A stretch of 64,000 nt of DNA from Botryllus schlosseri (taxonomy: Eukaryota): contig CM119371.1 of assembly GCA_051294905.1 (NCBI GenBank), positions 6,946,001-7,010,000 on the forward strand, in the 5' to 3' direction. The notes beneath the pieces were generated by a model that did no database searches, was not told where the DNA came from, and worked only from the letters and a program-made list of their open reading frames with translations. Each line of letters begins with the position of its first letter. Within the stretch, counting starts at the first letter, position 1. Shown here in pieces: positions 25,901 through 38,846 of this stretch. A program made the position numbers and the translations under genes.

Positions 25901-27482
25901 TAGGGTGGTATAAAAATACCTTTTTTCTCTAAATTTCACTCGCTTAGTGATAAAAATGTCTGGTTTCCTCAGAAAACGCTACACACCAAATTTCAGAGTC
26001 AATTCCGACCAGTAAAGACCGTGCAATCTCAAATCGAAATTTCGACCATTTTTGAATTTATAGCATTTACGGTGGCCAATTTAGACACTTCGATATGACC
26101 AAATATCGTGTTCCAGGCATGCCTGAAGGGATAGTGATGCTTTTTTCATGGGTTTACATCTTGATCTTGATAGTGGGCTGTGATAGAGCTGAGATAATGA
26201 AATTGCCAATTTATGAAAAGTTAATTTGACACTGATTTGCTGGAAATGAGTCAATGAAATTGAAATATTCTCGTTAAAATGATGGTGACATATATTGGCA
26301 AATAAAATACTTTTAAGGCTAAAATCAGGCACCATGAAGAGAAAATGAACTGACGCACAGATCAAATACAGCAAAATGTATTTCCCAGGTTAATATCAAT
26401 GCCCGAAAGTGTCTTTTGTCGTGGCGATGTTGCCGATGTAGATTTGACGACATCGTGGCTGTTTTCATCGCAAAGCGTTAAGATATTTGCTTTTCCCGAC
26501 TCCTATAAACCTCTACAAGTCGAATTATGAATGCTGGGGCATTATTTTCGAATTTTAGAGGATCCGCATCATCATAGGCCATTTATACCGTAGCGAACTC
26601 ACGCCACCCAACAATGGGATGCTTGTGTGTCATGTTACCAGTAGGTTGATAACAATGATGACATATCTTCATTATATCAATAATTCTTCTGAACCACTTC
26701 ATATCATCCTCGAGATGTGGTGGTGAAAAATAACATGAAGAAAGAAAGCACTCGCAAGGAATGGGAAGAGCTAGAATGAGCCAAGGCATAAAAATCAACA
26801 TTGAAAATGAACTGTGACATTGGGCACTAGGCCGAGGTGGATGTCAGTTTAAGAGACCGCAACTGCGCATCTTTCGGCATCCTCCTATGTGTTCATTACA
26901 TCGCATTGTGTCTTATCGCATTGTGTGTGTCTTAATCGGATGAAAATATAATCTCCACATTATTGATCATTGTCTTTCCATACAATTGTCTTCACTTAAC
27001 CTAGTAATATGACAATGCGCTTTACTGTGGAGTGTGGAGTACTGTTATCCACAAGCTTGTTGGCTCTGATTACGTGAAATTCACACTGGTGCGACAAAAA
27101 ATATCGCCTCTAGTCTGAGAAATATACTTTACTGTATTTCACCTGCTTGGCAATTCATTTTCAGTGCTTTTCACGGGGCTCTTTCAATGTAGTTCCAGTG
27201 TAGTGTCATATCCATTTTTCATACATTAGCAATTTCATCGTCCGAATAACGCGTGTAAAAATCATCGCTTTTCCTTCAGGCATGCCTGGAACACGATATT
27301 TGGTCATATCGAAGTGTCGAAATTTTTCACCATAAATACTATAAATTCAAAAAGTGGTTGAAATTTCAATTCAAGATTGCCTTTACTGAAATTTGGTGTG
27401 TAGCACTTTTTAGGCAACCTGACAATTTTATGACTAAGCGATTGAGATTTGAAAAAAAAAAGTTTATTTTTGAACAACCCTA
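25901..27482. mobile_element. Longer member of MITE family A with ~250-bp inverted ends
   Basis: TAGGG...CCCTA termini. ~25950-26145 is inverse to ~27260-27450. Imperfect TSD ATGCACGG / TAGCACGG. Confidence 0.75.
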
Positions 27483-29570
27483 TAGCACGGTTTTCAATGG
27501 GATTTCGAGAACATGCAGCACGGGTGAGTATAGCTATTAGCCATACGATGACCTCAATTATTCTACTAGCAGTCACGCACGGTTCACTCAGTTCCTACAA
27601 ACCGGGATAATAACTACGGCGTAGGGGCAAATTGAAAACTGAAAATATATGACCCGGTTAGTGTAATGCGGATAGAATGTCGATGTACATATTAATTGTG
27701 GAGTGAAGATACGTAGCCGGAAAACACTCACCTTGAATGACAATTAGTAAATTTGCTTGAAAGTTGTAACTTGCTTGAATCTGATCGAAAGCAAATCCTT
27801 GCCAGTGCTAAAGAAAGGATACAACCGGGTTAGAAACGATTCAAATTCCAATTTTACAGTCACTCAATATCTTGAGACTTGTTGTTAAAGATAGATATAA
27901 AATCGTTTCTAGTGGTTTGAGTTGAGTTTATTTTGAATAATTTTAGCATATCGAAACTCTCCACTATTGCATTGATGGCAAATAATTGAATCTGATGTCA
28001 TTGATTTTGTAAAAAGATAAATTCAGGATTACTCACTTTCATCTCCAGGGTAGAATTGTCAGACATTGATGCATGTCAGATTCAAACTGATTGATATCGG
28101 TTGAGATTGTCATGCAAACTTCTTTTATCACCAAAGCCATTTCACATACGACAACCAAACCAGACCATTAAATGATATGTTATCCTATATTATGATCTTC
28201 TGATTGCAATCCACTGTAACAAAATAAAGAATGGTTATGAAAAGTAAAATCAATGAATCTATATACAGCACAGGTTGCTCAACCCTTGCAATCGTACCAG
28301 CAGATGTGGAATATAACAAGATGCCGATAGCCCAGTATAAAAACACATCGAAGTGGTTCATGTTGAGTATGCGTACAAATATGATATCTTGGTCGTGGAT
28401 GCGAAAAAACAATGTCAATTTTTGATTTTGTGCCCCTCACTTTGTCAAACACCATAAAAATGACATGATAAACAAAATTTCATCCAACTTTATTTTGAAC
28501 TCAATCATTGTTTATGCACAACTATCATAAAATAAGATAGGCATATAAATTTGCAAGAATGTTACCTAAGGTTTATTTGGAAGCACATACTGTCGTGAGT
28601 AGCCTATGCCTTTTGAAGAGTGAATAACTTAGCAAATATCGTATGCGGCACAACAAGGAAGACATCATCCACACTCATTTGAAATTTGCATGCATTGAGT
28701 CATTGAGTGCTGTGGGTTATATCATACTGAATTATCGGAAGGGTAAAGCTTATACAGCTTCCGGTAATCAGTCACTTCCCAACTCCTGATATTGGCCAAA
28801 TAATCATTGTGGAATCAATTTTACAAGTCATCAAAATCATTGACCCTGTCTATATTGAATGAATAATGGACTGAACAGATAATGGGCTGTAACAACTGAA
28901 ATTGCTTGCAGATTATGCACCGAGTAACAAGTAATGAAGTAGGCCTACACTTCCACAAAATTACTGGTTAGAAGTGCTATTACATTGAGCAAATGGTACA
29001 AATCTACTGAAAGTAATTTACACTTGACAAAATTTGAAAAACTGACGTATGGACTTCTGCTGCTTGGAAACATAAAAATGCACAATATTCAAAGCCATTA
29101 TGATGGATATAGGTTGACAAATTGAAAATTGTAATTGTGAGCGAAGTTCTAGCATCGTCGTTTGGCATGAACAGCGATACTGGTGTTCTGTTGTGTGATG
29201 TTCTTGTAGCTATTGTTAGCTCAGAGTCAACACTGCTAACAGTGGCGTAGCCACTAGCCAGGGTTGGGTTTTGGGGGTTGGAAAATGCCAAATTTCGAAC
29301 TCCAAACCCTGTTGTTTTTGAAACACCGATTCTATCTCCAATATATATATTTCTTTACTCATTTCCAATTCTGAAATTCACATTATGAGTTCTGCAGTTG
29401 GTTCAGAATTGAATAGACTTAATTGTGTTTTAGTTCACTATAGTTACAGATTTTTTAAGTAAGCTAATTCTAATAGCAACTTTTTAAAGTGAGTGGTTCT
29501 AGTTCTAGTTTGAGTTGTGCATTTTGAAAATCCAGTAATTTATACGAGTTAACTCTCCGCTGAGTGCAAT

Positions 29571-31190
29571 CTATGTCTTCATAAAAACGGATGTGTAAGT
29601 TCGACAACATTCATCAACTTTTGATTTCACTACAGTCCATTTGCCTTGTGATATATCATACTTTTCAATTGTATTAGAGGTTTTACAATCTGCTACTGCA
29701 AAAATCCACTTGCCAATGTGATACGCAGAAACGCATCCACGACAAGCATTCATAGAAGATAATGAAGTCCACTGAGCTGAAGTAATATCGTAACATTCTA
29801 CGTTGTTGACTTGGCATTCTCCACTCCATTCACCGATCACAAATATCTTCTGATAAACTGCAACAACTCCACTGTGACACACAGGATCTCTCATTGGGTC
29901 GAGATCAACCCACTCTGATGAAGATGGAGTGAATCTGCAGAATGATGAAACTATGACATAATCTTGTCCTATACCTCCGATACAATAGATGGAATCATTC
30001 AATGATACGAGACTTGCATCGTATATCGCTGTAGGTTTGTCTTTCAGTTGAAACCATTGATTCATAGGGGAAGTAAATAATTCCACATCACTCGTTGCTT
30101 TAGTATAACTTCCTCCGACAACGAATATCGATCCTGACAAAGAAACTGAGCGAGGCCAGTATCCATGATCACAAATCATATCTTTCATCCTTTCCCATTT
30201 TGAATTTTTGCTCTGAAAATCGAATCGATGAACTGATTTACTACGACATAAAACGTAGATGTAGGAGTCTAGAGAAATCGCCGAGAAAGATTTGAAATCC
30301 TTAAACTTCTCATCATGAAACTTCTCTACTTTCTCAGTTACTGGATTGAAGGATAGGATACAATCTGCCTGATCGTCAAAAAGAATTATCAACTCATCTT
30401 TGCTGATTTCTTCCTTTGTTTTCTGTGATGCTTTCAACAGATGACCATTGATCAACTTGTACAGTCCTAAGTCGTTACTGATAATTTGGTTTGATTCCAA
30501 AAGACGTTGTAAATATGCCGGAGAGACTTTCTCAAACTTGATCGCTTCAAGACATTCGCGCAAATATTCCTGATTTTTGCGATTTTTCTCGACCCAATTG
30601 AACAACAACGTTAGTTTTTCTTCTTCGCATAACTTTGATTTTTCCAACATTACAAATTTGAGGATGTCTGTTTTTTCGATATTTCCAAATTCAGGTTGGT
30701 TTGATATTTCCATGATATTTTCAAGAAAAAATATTCTACATCGCGTGGAGACGGCATCCAGTCCATACATATTGGCGACATTTGTTGTGGAAAAGTAATT
30801 CTCTACATTAACTGATTCCACCAAAACGTCAGATACTGCCTGTTTCACATCTTCCAACTGCATCATGATTGCGACATGAAGAAGATCATCCATCTTTTCT
30901 TCAGGAATCTCAAATTTGCCCGAATATATGAAATCGATACAGCTTTTCACACACTGAGAATCGACCTCTTTCAAAACAACTTTTCCTTCACGACTCTCTT
31001 TGGTGTCATGTTTCAACATGGCTTTGAAATAGGCAGAACCAGCCGACAATACATTTCTGTGAGTGTAATAGACATCATCTCCCACTTGAATTATGAAATC
31101 ACAATGATCGTTTTCTTGCTTCATTCGATGTAATTCTTCCATCATCTTCACTGAATGTTTCTCTACATTTCGACACACAATCTGCACCAT
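29571..31190 (-). CDS. Kelch-like BTB-BACK-Kelch protein, copy 3 (539 aa from ATG)
   Basis: BTB motifs CDFIIQV, HRNVLSAGSAYFKAM and CIDFIYSG, a BACK region, and Kelch repeats with GG...Y...W spacing. The ORF is uninterrupted. ATG is at 31190; the track uses an upstream TTG. Confidence 0.95.
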   Translation of the reverse strand: MVQIVCRNVEKHSVKMMEELHRMKQENDHCDFIIQVGDDVYYTHRNVLSAGSAYFKAMLKHDTKESREGKVVLKEVDSQCVKSCIDFIYSGKFEIPEEKMDDLLHVAIMMQLEDVKQAVSDVLVESVNVENYFSTTNVANMYGLDAVSTRCRIFFLENIMEISNQPEFGNIEKTDILKFVMLEKSKLCEEEKLTLLFNWVEKNRKNQEYLRECLEAIKFEKVSPAYLQRLLESNQIISNDLGLYKLINGHLLKASQKTKEEISKDELIILFDDQADCILSFNPVTEKVEKFHDEKFKDFKSFSAISLDSYIYVLCRSKSVHRFDFQSKNSKWERMKDMICDHGYWPRSVSLSGSIFVVGGSYTKATSDVELFTSPMNQWFQLKDKPTAIYDASLVSLNDSIYCIGGIGQDYVIVSSFCRFTPSSSEWVDLDPMRDPVCHSGVVAVYQKIFVIGEWSGECQVNNVECYDITSAQWTSLSSMNACRGCVSAYHIGKWIFAVADCKTSNTIEKYDISQGKWTVVKSKVDECCRTYTSVFMKT

Positions 31191-33572
31191 GATTGTCAAT
31201 CGACTATAATTATTCCACGATTACTATAATATAGTCAAGCACTGTTAGTGAATTAAAGATGATTAGTTAACTCATGTAATGCCTGTTGAAACAATCATAA
31301 TACGTATATAATATTATTATTATAATAATAATAACGTCACGAGTATGAATTGAAGGAAATTCAACTACACACAAGGTGAACACTGAACAGTGCTAAATCA
31401 GAGGCATCCCTGCCATTATGCAGTTATGAAAACTTCTTCATCGATTTGCTTCAACTTTTTATTCGTTGAATTGACACGAAACCACAGAGTTATTGCGGTA
31501 GATTACCACCACCTCCCGGAAGATCGAGTAGATTATCCGTAATCTAAATTGTATTTTGGATCATCGTAAAATTATTTTACACTATGGTATATCCCAGAGG
31601 GGCGGCCGTATCTGTTTCATGCTCCAGCCGAATATCACAAAGATTGATTTTAAAAGAGCAGCAACACGAAAGATCAAGTTGATTTACTCCGTGTTTGGAA
31701 ACGAAATCAACGAAGCATGTAGCTTGTCAGTGTCATCTGACGGATAACACTGGTCTCCAGGAATATTGCGCCCGGACTTCTTTGGACCTAATTTGGGGGC
31801 GCTGAATACGAATCTGACGTTATTTTTGCTCTATCATATCACGTTGTTAAGATATTATATACGTTGAATATTTCTACTTCTTCGAGGTAATCCAGTGTAT
31901 TTGGCTACTTGCAGTACTCACTGAACGGTAATGTTTTACAACTACTTCAACATCTACCTGAACAGTATGCTGGATGAACTAATTACATTTTCAATTCGGT
32001 TTTTGTAAAGTAGAATTTAGTTCAGGATAATATTCCACCACTATCGTGAGTTAAAGTATCATTAGAAACGCGTGCAATAGTCTCTGAATCACGGTCACTG
32101 GATATATTTTTCAAAGATTCTACCCATGGGAGGTGTCATCATAGTCATTCATAGTCATTTTGCGTTAGCTACAACGAGGCGTCTTGAAATTTCGCATGTA
32201 GCCACCTTCGACTAACTGTTGAATGTATGCGACCACCCTCCCACCGACCAAATATAGTTAGATACTTACTGACTTCTTCAGACCTTTCATTTCGTATATT
32301 CCACTTGAAATAGTTTTCAGATGTCTTGGAAATTATTACTTCTACTTATAATTGAGTAGAAGTGTAAGGCGTTACTTGTGCTACTTGAGTAGCAACGCCG
32401 ATCCCTTCGACCAACTCTAGATCATAGCAAAATATTACGGCAAATCAGAAATGTAAGCTGTCTGTATTTAGGACTGGCATTTAATCCTGCAAAACACTAG
32501 GAAAAAGCAGCGAAACCATATAAAAACACCACTAGAAATTAACCAATGCTCATCTCTGGCTATCTTCCTGCATAGAACACATGGTATTTGGTGTAGGCTA
32601 CAGAATGTCCTATGCCGAGACGGATAGGCTGTCCTAGAACCGATGCAAATTTAATTTTATTGTGAAGTAGCCGAACACGCACTTCAAGTTTCGTGTTAAG
32701 CTGCCGTTGATAAGCAGTTTCCATGCATTCATCTGGTTGTCTATAATAGACAATGCAAAAGAAGCCCTTTATACCATCGCAATAAACGAAAAGAAATAAA
32801 GCGTTCGGAAACAGCTTTCCTCTATTCCGATAAAATGTACGAGTAGCCTATATGAAAACCGGAGAAGAAGAATTTGCATGATAAGTACAGGCGTAGCAGA
32901 CATCCTCTTTCTTCTAATGTTACAAACAAGATTAAAGGGCCACATATTTAGGTTATAAGACTGCGACTAGGCGATGTAGAGAAGCATGCACATTGCACGC
33001 ACACACACTGAATGAGAAGTAGGGCCTACAGCAGAGAATATAAAAGACAAAGCTTGCCCTACTAATGGATACAATCTTTGAAAATATATGCATTTATGAT
33101 AGTTATGGGTCGGAACAACAGTTCAAGTAGTAATGGAAGCAAAATTTCAAAATGTCATCACAACACCAGCAATTCGGTCAAATCCTAATTTTCATCAAAT
33201 AGTAACGTCGGAATACTGAATAGTAGCTGCGACCCCCACCTATTTGGCCGATTCCATATCCGAAAATCCATATTTTCAACCGATACCACACCGCACTGAT
33301 TTGTTTTTGCCTTGCTGATGGGCAAGGATACCATGCAAATAGGCAAGAAATCAAGAACGGTCATAATTCGCGACAGGCTGAGGTCATCCGCAGTCCACCA
33401 TTTGTGCAAGGCACAGATGGGCCCTCTCCCTGCCAAATCTAAGTTTCTTATTTTTTTCTTAGTGTTTCGAAATCATAGTATGTCCGGGCGCCGATAAAAC
33501 GTTCTAGTAGGCATCCATAGGTGGTCAGTAACAAAGTACTGCTATACTTTGTCTAAGCAGGCCTATTTATGA

Positions 33573-33835
33573 TAGGGTGCATGACCATACGTCCTTATTT
33601 TTAAGGTTTCTGAAAATGTCCTTCTTTACAGCTTATACAGCTAATATAATGGATAGACTCGAGTGAAAATGGGCATAGATAGGATATTCGCGGTTCGATC
33701 GGAAGCGACGACCTTTCATTTTTAGTCAACCCACCAAATTTTTTAGCAAAAACGGCTGATTTCAATTTTGATCAACGAACTTTTCGGACTTCGTAAAGTG
33801 TCCTCTTGTCGCGACTCCAACATATGGTGACCCTA
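33573..33835. mobile_element. hAT-type MITE
   Basis: TAGGGTG...ACCATA / TATGGTGACCCTA termini, flanked by TATTTATG on both sides (slightly offset). Confidence 0.65.
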
Positions 33836-35201
33836 TATATTTATGCTAACTCACTTGTCGTCATTTGCAGTTTTTCAAATTAGTAGATCTGCTAGATCAT
33901 GACCAATAGATATGACACCTGTCATCAGCTCTAGTTATACATTCTGAAAATGTAGTATTTGTTACACTGTCAATTTACATTGCCAATTCTGGATATGTCA
34001 CAGTATTTCAAAGCAACTCACCATAAGTCGTCACGATTCCTGGATATCTTGATATCGCGATCTTGTCTTTTGACAGATGACAGAGCCTGATTGAAAATCT
34101 TACAATACCACAGCAATTAAAAATAGACTTGAACACTTTACGCCTTAAATGCAACCTGGATATAAGAACAGTAAAAGTAAACATTTGATCACCCAATCAT
34201 CTTGAACTGTATAGAGCAGAGGTCCTTGAACACCGGCCCGCCAAGTACATAAGAACTTTATGTGTATCAATTCCAAAACGCAAGAAGGCAAACCCTTGTT
34301 CATTATTGGAGAAATGTACACCAAATGTGAAGTTGATTTGGAAGTTTGTAATGCATATTCTGCATGGTGTCATAATAGGGAGTTCATGGTCTACTTTGGG
34401 CACACATAACAATGGTGCAACTGTTGTACAAAACTGTTTGAAAGTAGCCTACAACTTGTGATAGGTTACGTGTGAAAGCCACTGAAAATTTTTACCAAAC
34501 TTCCTTGACTTCCGACAGTGCAATTAATCACTTGTCAGTATAATAAAGACGACAGCAAACAGCAAAGACGCATTTCTTTTAGAGGATACTGAACACTCAC
34601 AATCAAGTTACTGCTATGTAACAGGAATTTGCGAGCTTCGATCACGGTCTCTAGTAACGAATACAGAGGCGTGCATGAATGTATGTCTCCAAATAAGATT
34701 TCAAGGAGAACATGAGACACAGGCAAGGATAGCTATCAGCCATAGCCATATCTCAATTGTTCTATTCGCAGACACGTAAGGTTCATTCAGTTCCTACAAA
34801 CCGGGGTAATAGCTTCAACGTAGCCTCAAATTGATAACTGATATCATTATGTCAGATACTTGGGTAGGTTCAAATAGAATGTCGATGTCCATCCTAATTG
34901 CGGATTGAAAATACGCACCCAGATAAAACTCACCTTGAATGGAAATTGGTGAACTTGCTTGAAAGTTGCAAATTGTTTGACTCTGATCGGAAGAAAATTC
35001 TTGCCTGTGATGATAAATAAATGATACATCGGGTTAGAAATGATTCAAAACTCAAACTTTGAGGTCACCAAATGTGTTGAGACTTGTTAAGACCGTTTAT
35101 CGGATCGTGGTTGAGTTGAGTATAAACACCCCACTATAGCCTTGATGGCAAATAATCGAATCCGAAATCATTGATTTTGTAAAAAGATAAATTCAGAATT
35201 A

Positions 35202-36909
35202 CCATAATTTTCCATGTATAATGCGCAAAATTTTACCGATTTTTTGCCCTAAAATAGGGGGGTGCGTATTATACATGGGTACAGCAAGCCTTGAAAAAAT
35301 ATCCCTCGATCAAAAACTTGAAATCACACCTCCATGTTTGTTTAAATCGCGCATCACCTCTAGCCATGGGGCCCCGTAATTCGTATTATAAAGTGTAACG
35401 AGCTGCCAAATAGAGAAGCGTGTTGCCAATTAACGAGAGTCGTCTGCACAGCACGCAATCTCTTGCTAAGTTGGTTTGCCGTTTGTACGCGAGCGAAATT
35501 AGGTCGCTGATTGCTGCAAGAGTGCACGTGCACGGCAATCCTTGCTGATTTATCGCGTCAACGACAGGCCTTAACAATCGCATTCACAAGGGGCCATGTG
35601 CGCAAGATACAGTGTTGGGATGACTCGAGTCACCTTTTTCGTACGACTTGACTCGAGTCACTTTGCTAGAATGACTTGACTTGACTCGACATATCAGAAG
35701 TGTGGATTGACTCGTGACTCGGAGCAAAATTCACGAGTCAATTTCAAGTCATCAAATAATCGGTGTCGATAAAAATCACAGTATCTTTCATATGATCGAA
35801 TTGCTCGCGAAACACCGGTGTAACCCTTGAGAGCGACTAATCATTCAATGATCTTGTGTTTCACTGAGTCTCAATTGTTCTTTCACAAATAAATTGACCG
35901 CAAATGAAGTGATCGACGTGTAGGATAGTTTACAATGTCGTGAACTAGTATAGTAAAGTAATTTAATAGCAAAATGTCTATTTCTGTTCTCACCTTAACC
36001 AAACCTCTTGCTTTATTGAAATAGAATTCGAATATAGTTTATATAGTCATCAACCAATGGCGCAGGCTCGAATTGTATCATATCAATTTGTAAATGGGTA
36101 ATGTATTGCATCTTATCAATTCGTTTCTCTATTCTCTGTTTTGGCTGGTAACTATAAACGGAGGTTATGCAATTACTTACGTAGTTTAGCAGTTCTACGT
36201 ATATGTGAGCGATACAGCGTCTTCTTGCGTGTATAGCCTATTTAACTCTATTTTCGTTCAGAATCAATGACCACTCAATCTGTATTTCAGACAGCTAGCA
36301 AAATGCAATGACCTAATCATGCCTCATACTGCGAAAAGGCAACATGACTTGACTCGTGACTCGACTTGACTGAAGTCACCTCCAAAAATCGAGTGACTTA
36401 ACTTGACTCGAGTCACCTTCGAAAATCGATTGACTTGACTTGACTCGAGTCAAAATGTGCAATGACTCGAAAGTACCGTAGTGACTTGATCCCAACACTG
36501 GCAAGATATAATCGGTTGCGTAATCAGTCGCATCTCCAACAGGGCTGCTGCGCCCGACATAACTGTTGGCCTGAGCAATCGCATCTGTCATTGTATTAAA
36601 CCTCGTGTGCAAGATGTCGTGTGTCGCTAGCCTGAACTGTCGTGTCGCCGACCTCACAGGCTTTGGCTACAATCTACTGTCGTTTAGAGACAATGCCGTA
36701 ATTGTATTATGATTAGCGATCATTATGTCATGATTGTGTGACAGTGATATCGCAAAACAGAATAACATCGCATACTAAACCGCAACTATTCATGTACTGC
36801 GAATGCAGGGTGCGTACTATGCATGGGCACAGGCTTTTTCCCAGAATATACACATCATTTTAAGGGTGCGTATTATGCATGGGGGCGCACTATATTCGGA
36901 AAATTACGG
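35202..36909 (-). mobile_element. Tc1/pogo-like element (family of 6850-7688), inverted, with a nested hAT element
   Basis: TA-CCATAATTTTCC ... GGAAAATTACGG-TA. The body is the reverse complement of 6850-7688. Confidence 0.85.
35610..36500. mobile_element. hAT-type element with GACTCGAGTC/GACTT subterminal repeats (nested)
   Basis: TIRs CAGTGTTGGGAT / ATCCCAACACTG. Perfect TSD GCAAGATA (35602-35609, 36501-36508). Confidence 0.92.
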
Positions 36910-38846
36910 TACTCACTTTTATCTCCCGGGTAGAATTTTCATAAATTGATGCATGTCAGATTCCAACTGATTGATAACGGACTTGAGATTGTCATGCAAA
37001 CTTCTTTTATCACCAAAGCCATTTCTCATCGGACAACCAGACCATTAAATGATATGTTATAAATTATGATCTTCTGATCGCAATTAACTATAACAAAATG
37101 AAGAGTGGTTATGAAACTCAATGAATGCACATTGCACAATTGTATATGCACCCCAGGTTGTTCAATGTTCAAGCCTGGCTACTGTACCAGCAAAAGTGAT
37201 ACCTGTAGCCTATATAACAAGTTGCCGATAGTCGCCTCATATAAACAGAATCGAAATGGTTTATTTTGAGAATACAGACAAATTTGGTATCCTGATCATG
37301 GATAACGGAAAGTGAATGACTTCTTTTAATCAAGGGGTCCTCAAATTCGTCACAAACAATCAAAAGAACATGATTAAGAAAAAGTTCATCCGATTTTATT
37401 ATGTCGTTAAATATTGTTTATGCAAGATTCTCATAAAATATGGCGGGCATATGAATCTGTAACCCAGGGTTGTAATGACTCGACCGGAGTCCGACTTGGG
37501 TCACCATATTTTGGTGACTCGACTTGACCAGAGTCATATTTTCAAATGCGCAAAATGACTCGAATCGGGTCAATTTTTGTATTGACTTTACTTGTAGGCC
37601 TACTTGATTCATTGTCTATGACTCGAACCAAGTAATATGACTGGAAACTAGGACGGCCAAGGCAGACATTTCATTGTAAATTCGAAGAATAGTAAAAGTC
37701 GCCACATGAGAGGTATTTCGTCAATTAGTCCTGATACTTGCGAAATGGGCCAAAAACTGATTGTACCGAGGAAAATTACAATATTGTGAATGCGAACCAT
37801 TCTATTTCACTCGGGCAGAGTTGAAAGAAGTGGGTTGGACCTGGTTGAACTCAAAAAACTGAACAGTAAACACAATGACTTTAAAGAGTGAATAGCTCGA
37901 TCATATATCACATGCGGCTCAACAAGTAAGAGATAATTCTCACTCATTTGAAATTTCCATGCATTGTGAGTCATTAAATACTGTGGGTTATTTCATACTG
38001 AATTAGCGGAAGTGTGAAAATTAAACCGTCTGCAGTAAGCAGTAGGTACAAACTCCTGATATTGGCCATGTAACCATTGTGGCAACAATTGCAGGCTACA
38101 AGTGATCATAATCATTGACCATGTCTATATTGAATAGGCCGAAGGAGCTAAATATATGATTGGCTGCATCAACTAAATCTGCCGGCAAGATCATGCACTG
38201 TGGCACAATTCATGAAGTATATTTCCACAAAATTACAGGTTAATATTAGTATTACGTTCATCAAATGATACGAATTTATCAAAAAGCAATTTACACTTGT
38301 CAAATTACTGCCACATTGAAATAAAAATGCACAATTTTCAATGGAATTTTGATAGATATGGATTGATGAATTGAAAATATCAAACGTGAGAAACTTTACA
38401 TTCATTCATGTCAAAGCTGCAGACTTGTACTAACTACTAATCGAGTTACTTCGACGGTCAAGACTAGTTCTAATTACCGATTTTGAATGCGAATAATTCT
38501 ACTGTTAATTTTAGTGTGAATACCAAGAGTGGCATAGTCATGGGTGGGTTGAAAACCGTTACATATCGAACTATAGCCTAAATAAAATTCTTGTTTGAAC
38601 GCCGATTCTATCCCCAATATTTTCAATCTCATTTATAATTCAGTAATTCACATTATCAGTAGGCTACTGCAGTTGATTCAGAATTGAAACTACTAAGTTG
38701 TGTTTTTATTTGCCAGTTACGAATTTTTGAAGAATGTCAATTCTAGTTCCAGTAGCCAGTTTTGAAAAGTGAGTGGTTCTAGTTCTAGGTTGAGTTTCAT
38801 TTTGAAAAACCAGCAATTTGTACAAGTCTGCTCAGGTGAGTGCAAT

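Larger units (their letters stand above)
20180..29130 (+). pseudogene. Decayed plus-strand BTB/BACK-like gene, copy B (most complete; bounds approximate)
   Basis: Relic frames include GRFRPSSSYQIIVRSHE, YLVPAVRFALSLDV...SDSVVVTTCDPG, KHQCSLRVELIHIGHCLIH, SWLFRDN*KTLPPPNLLEIGEAYLLRDFYVISE, QLVNLLESCNLLESDRK and WQIIESDVIDFVKR*IQ. Confidence 0.55.
33975..38400 (+). pseudogene. Decayed plus-strand BTB/BACK-like gene, copy C (3' part only)
   Basis: THLEWKLVNLLESCKLFDSDRKKILACDDK near 34930. Shares two insertion sites with copy A. Confidence 0.5.
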
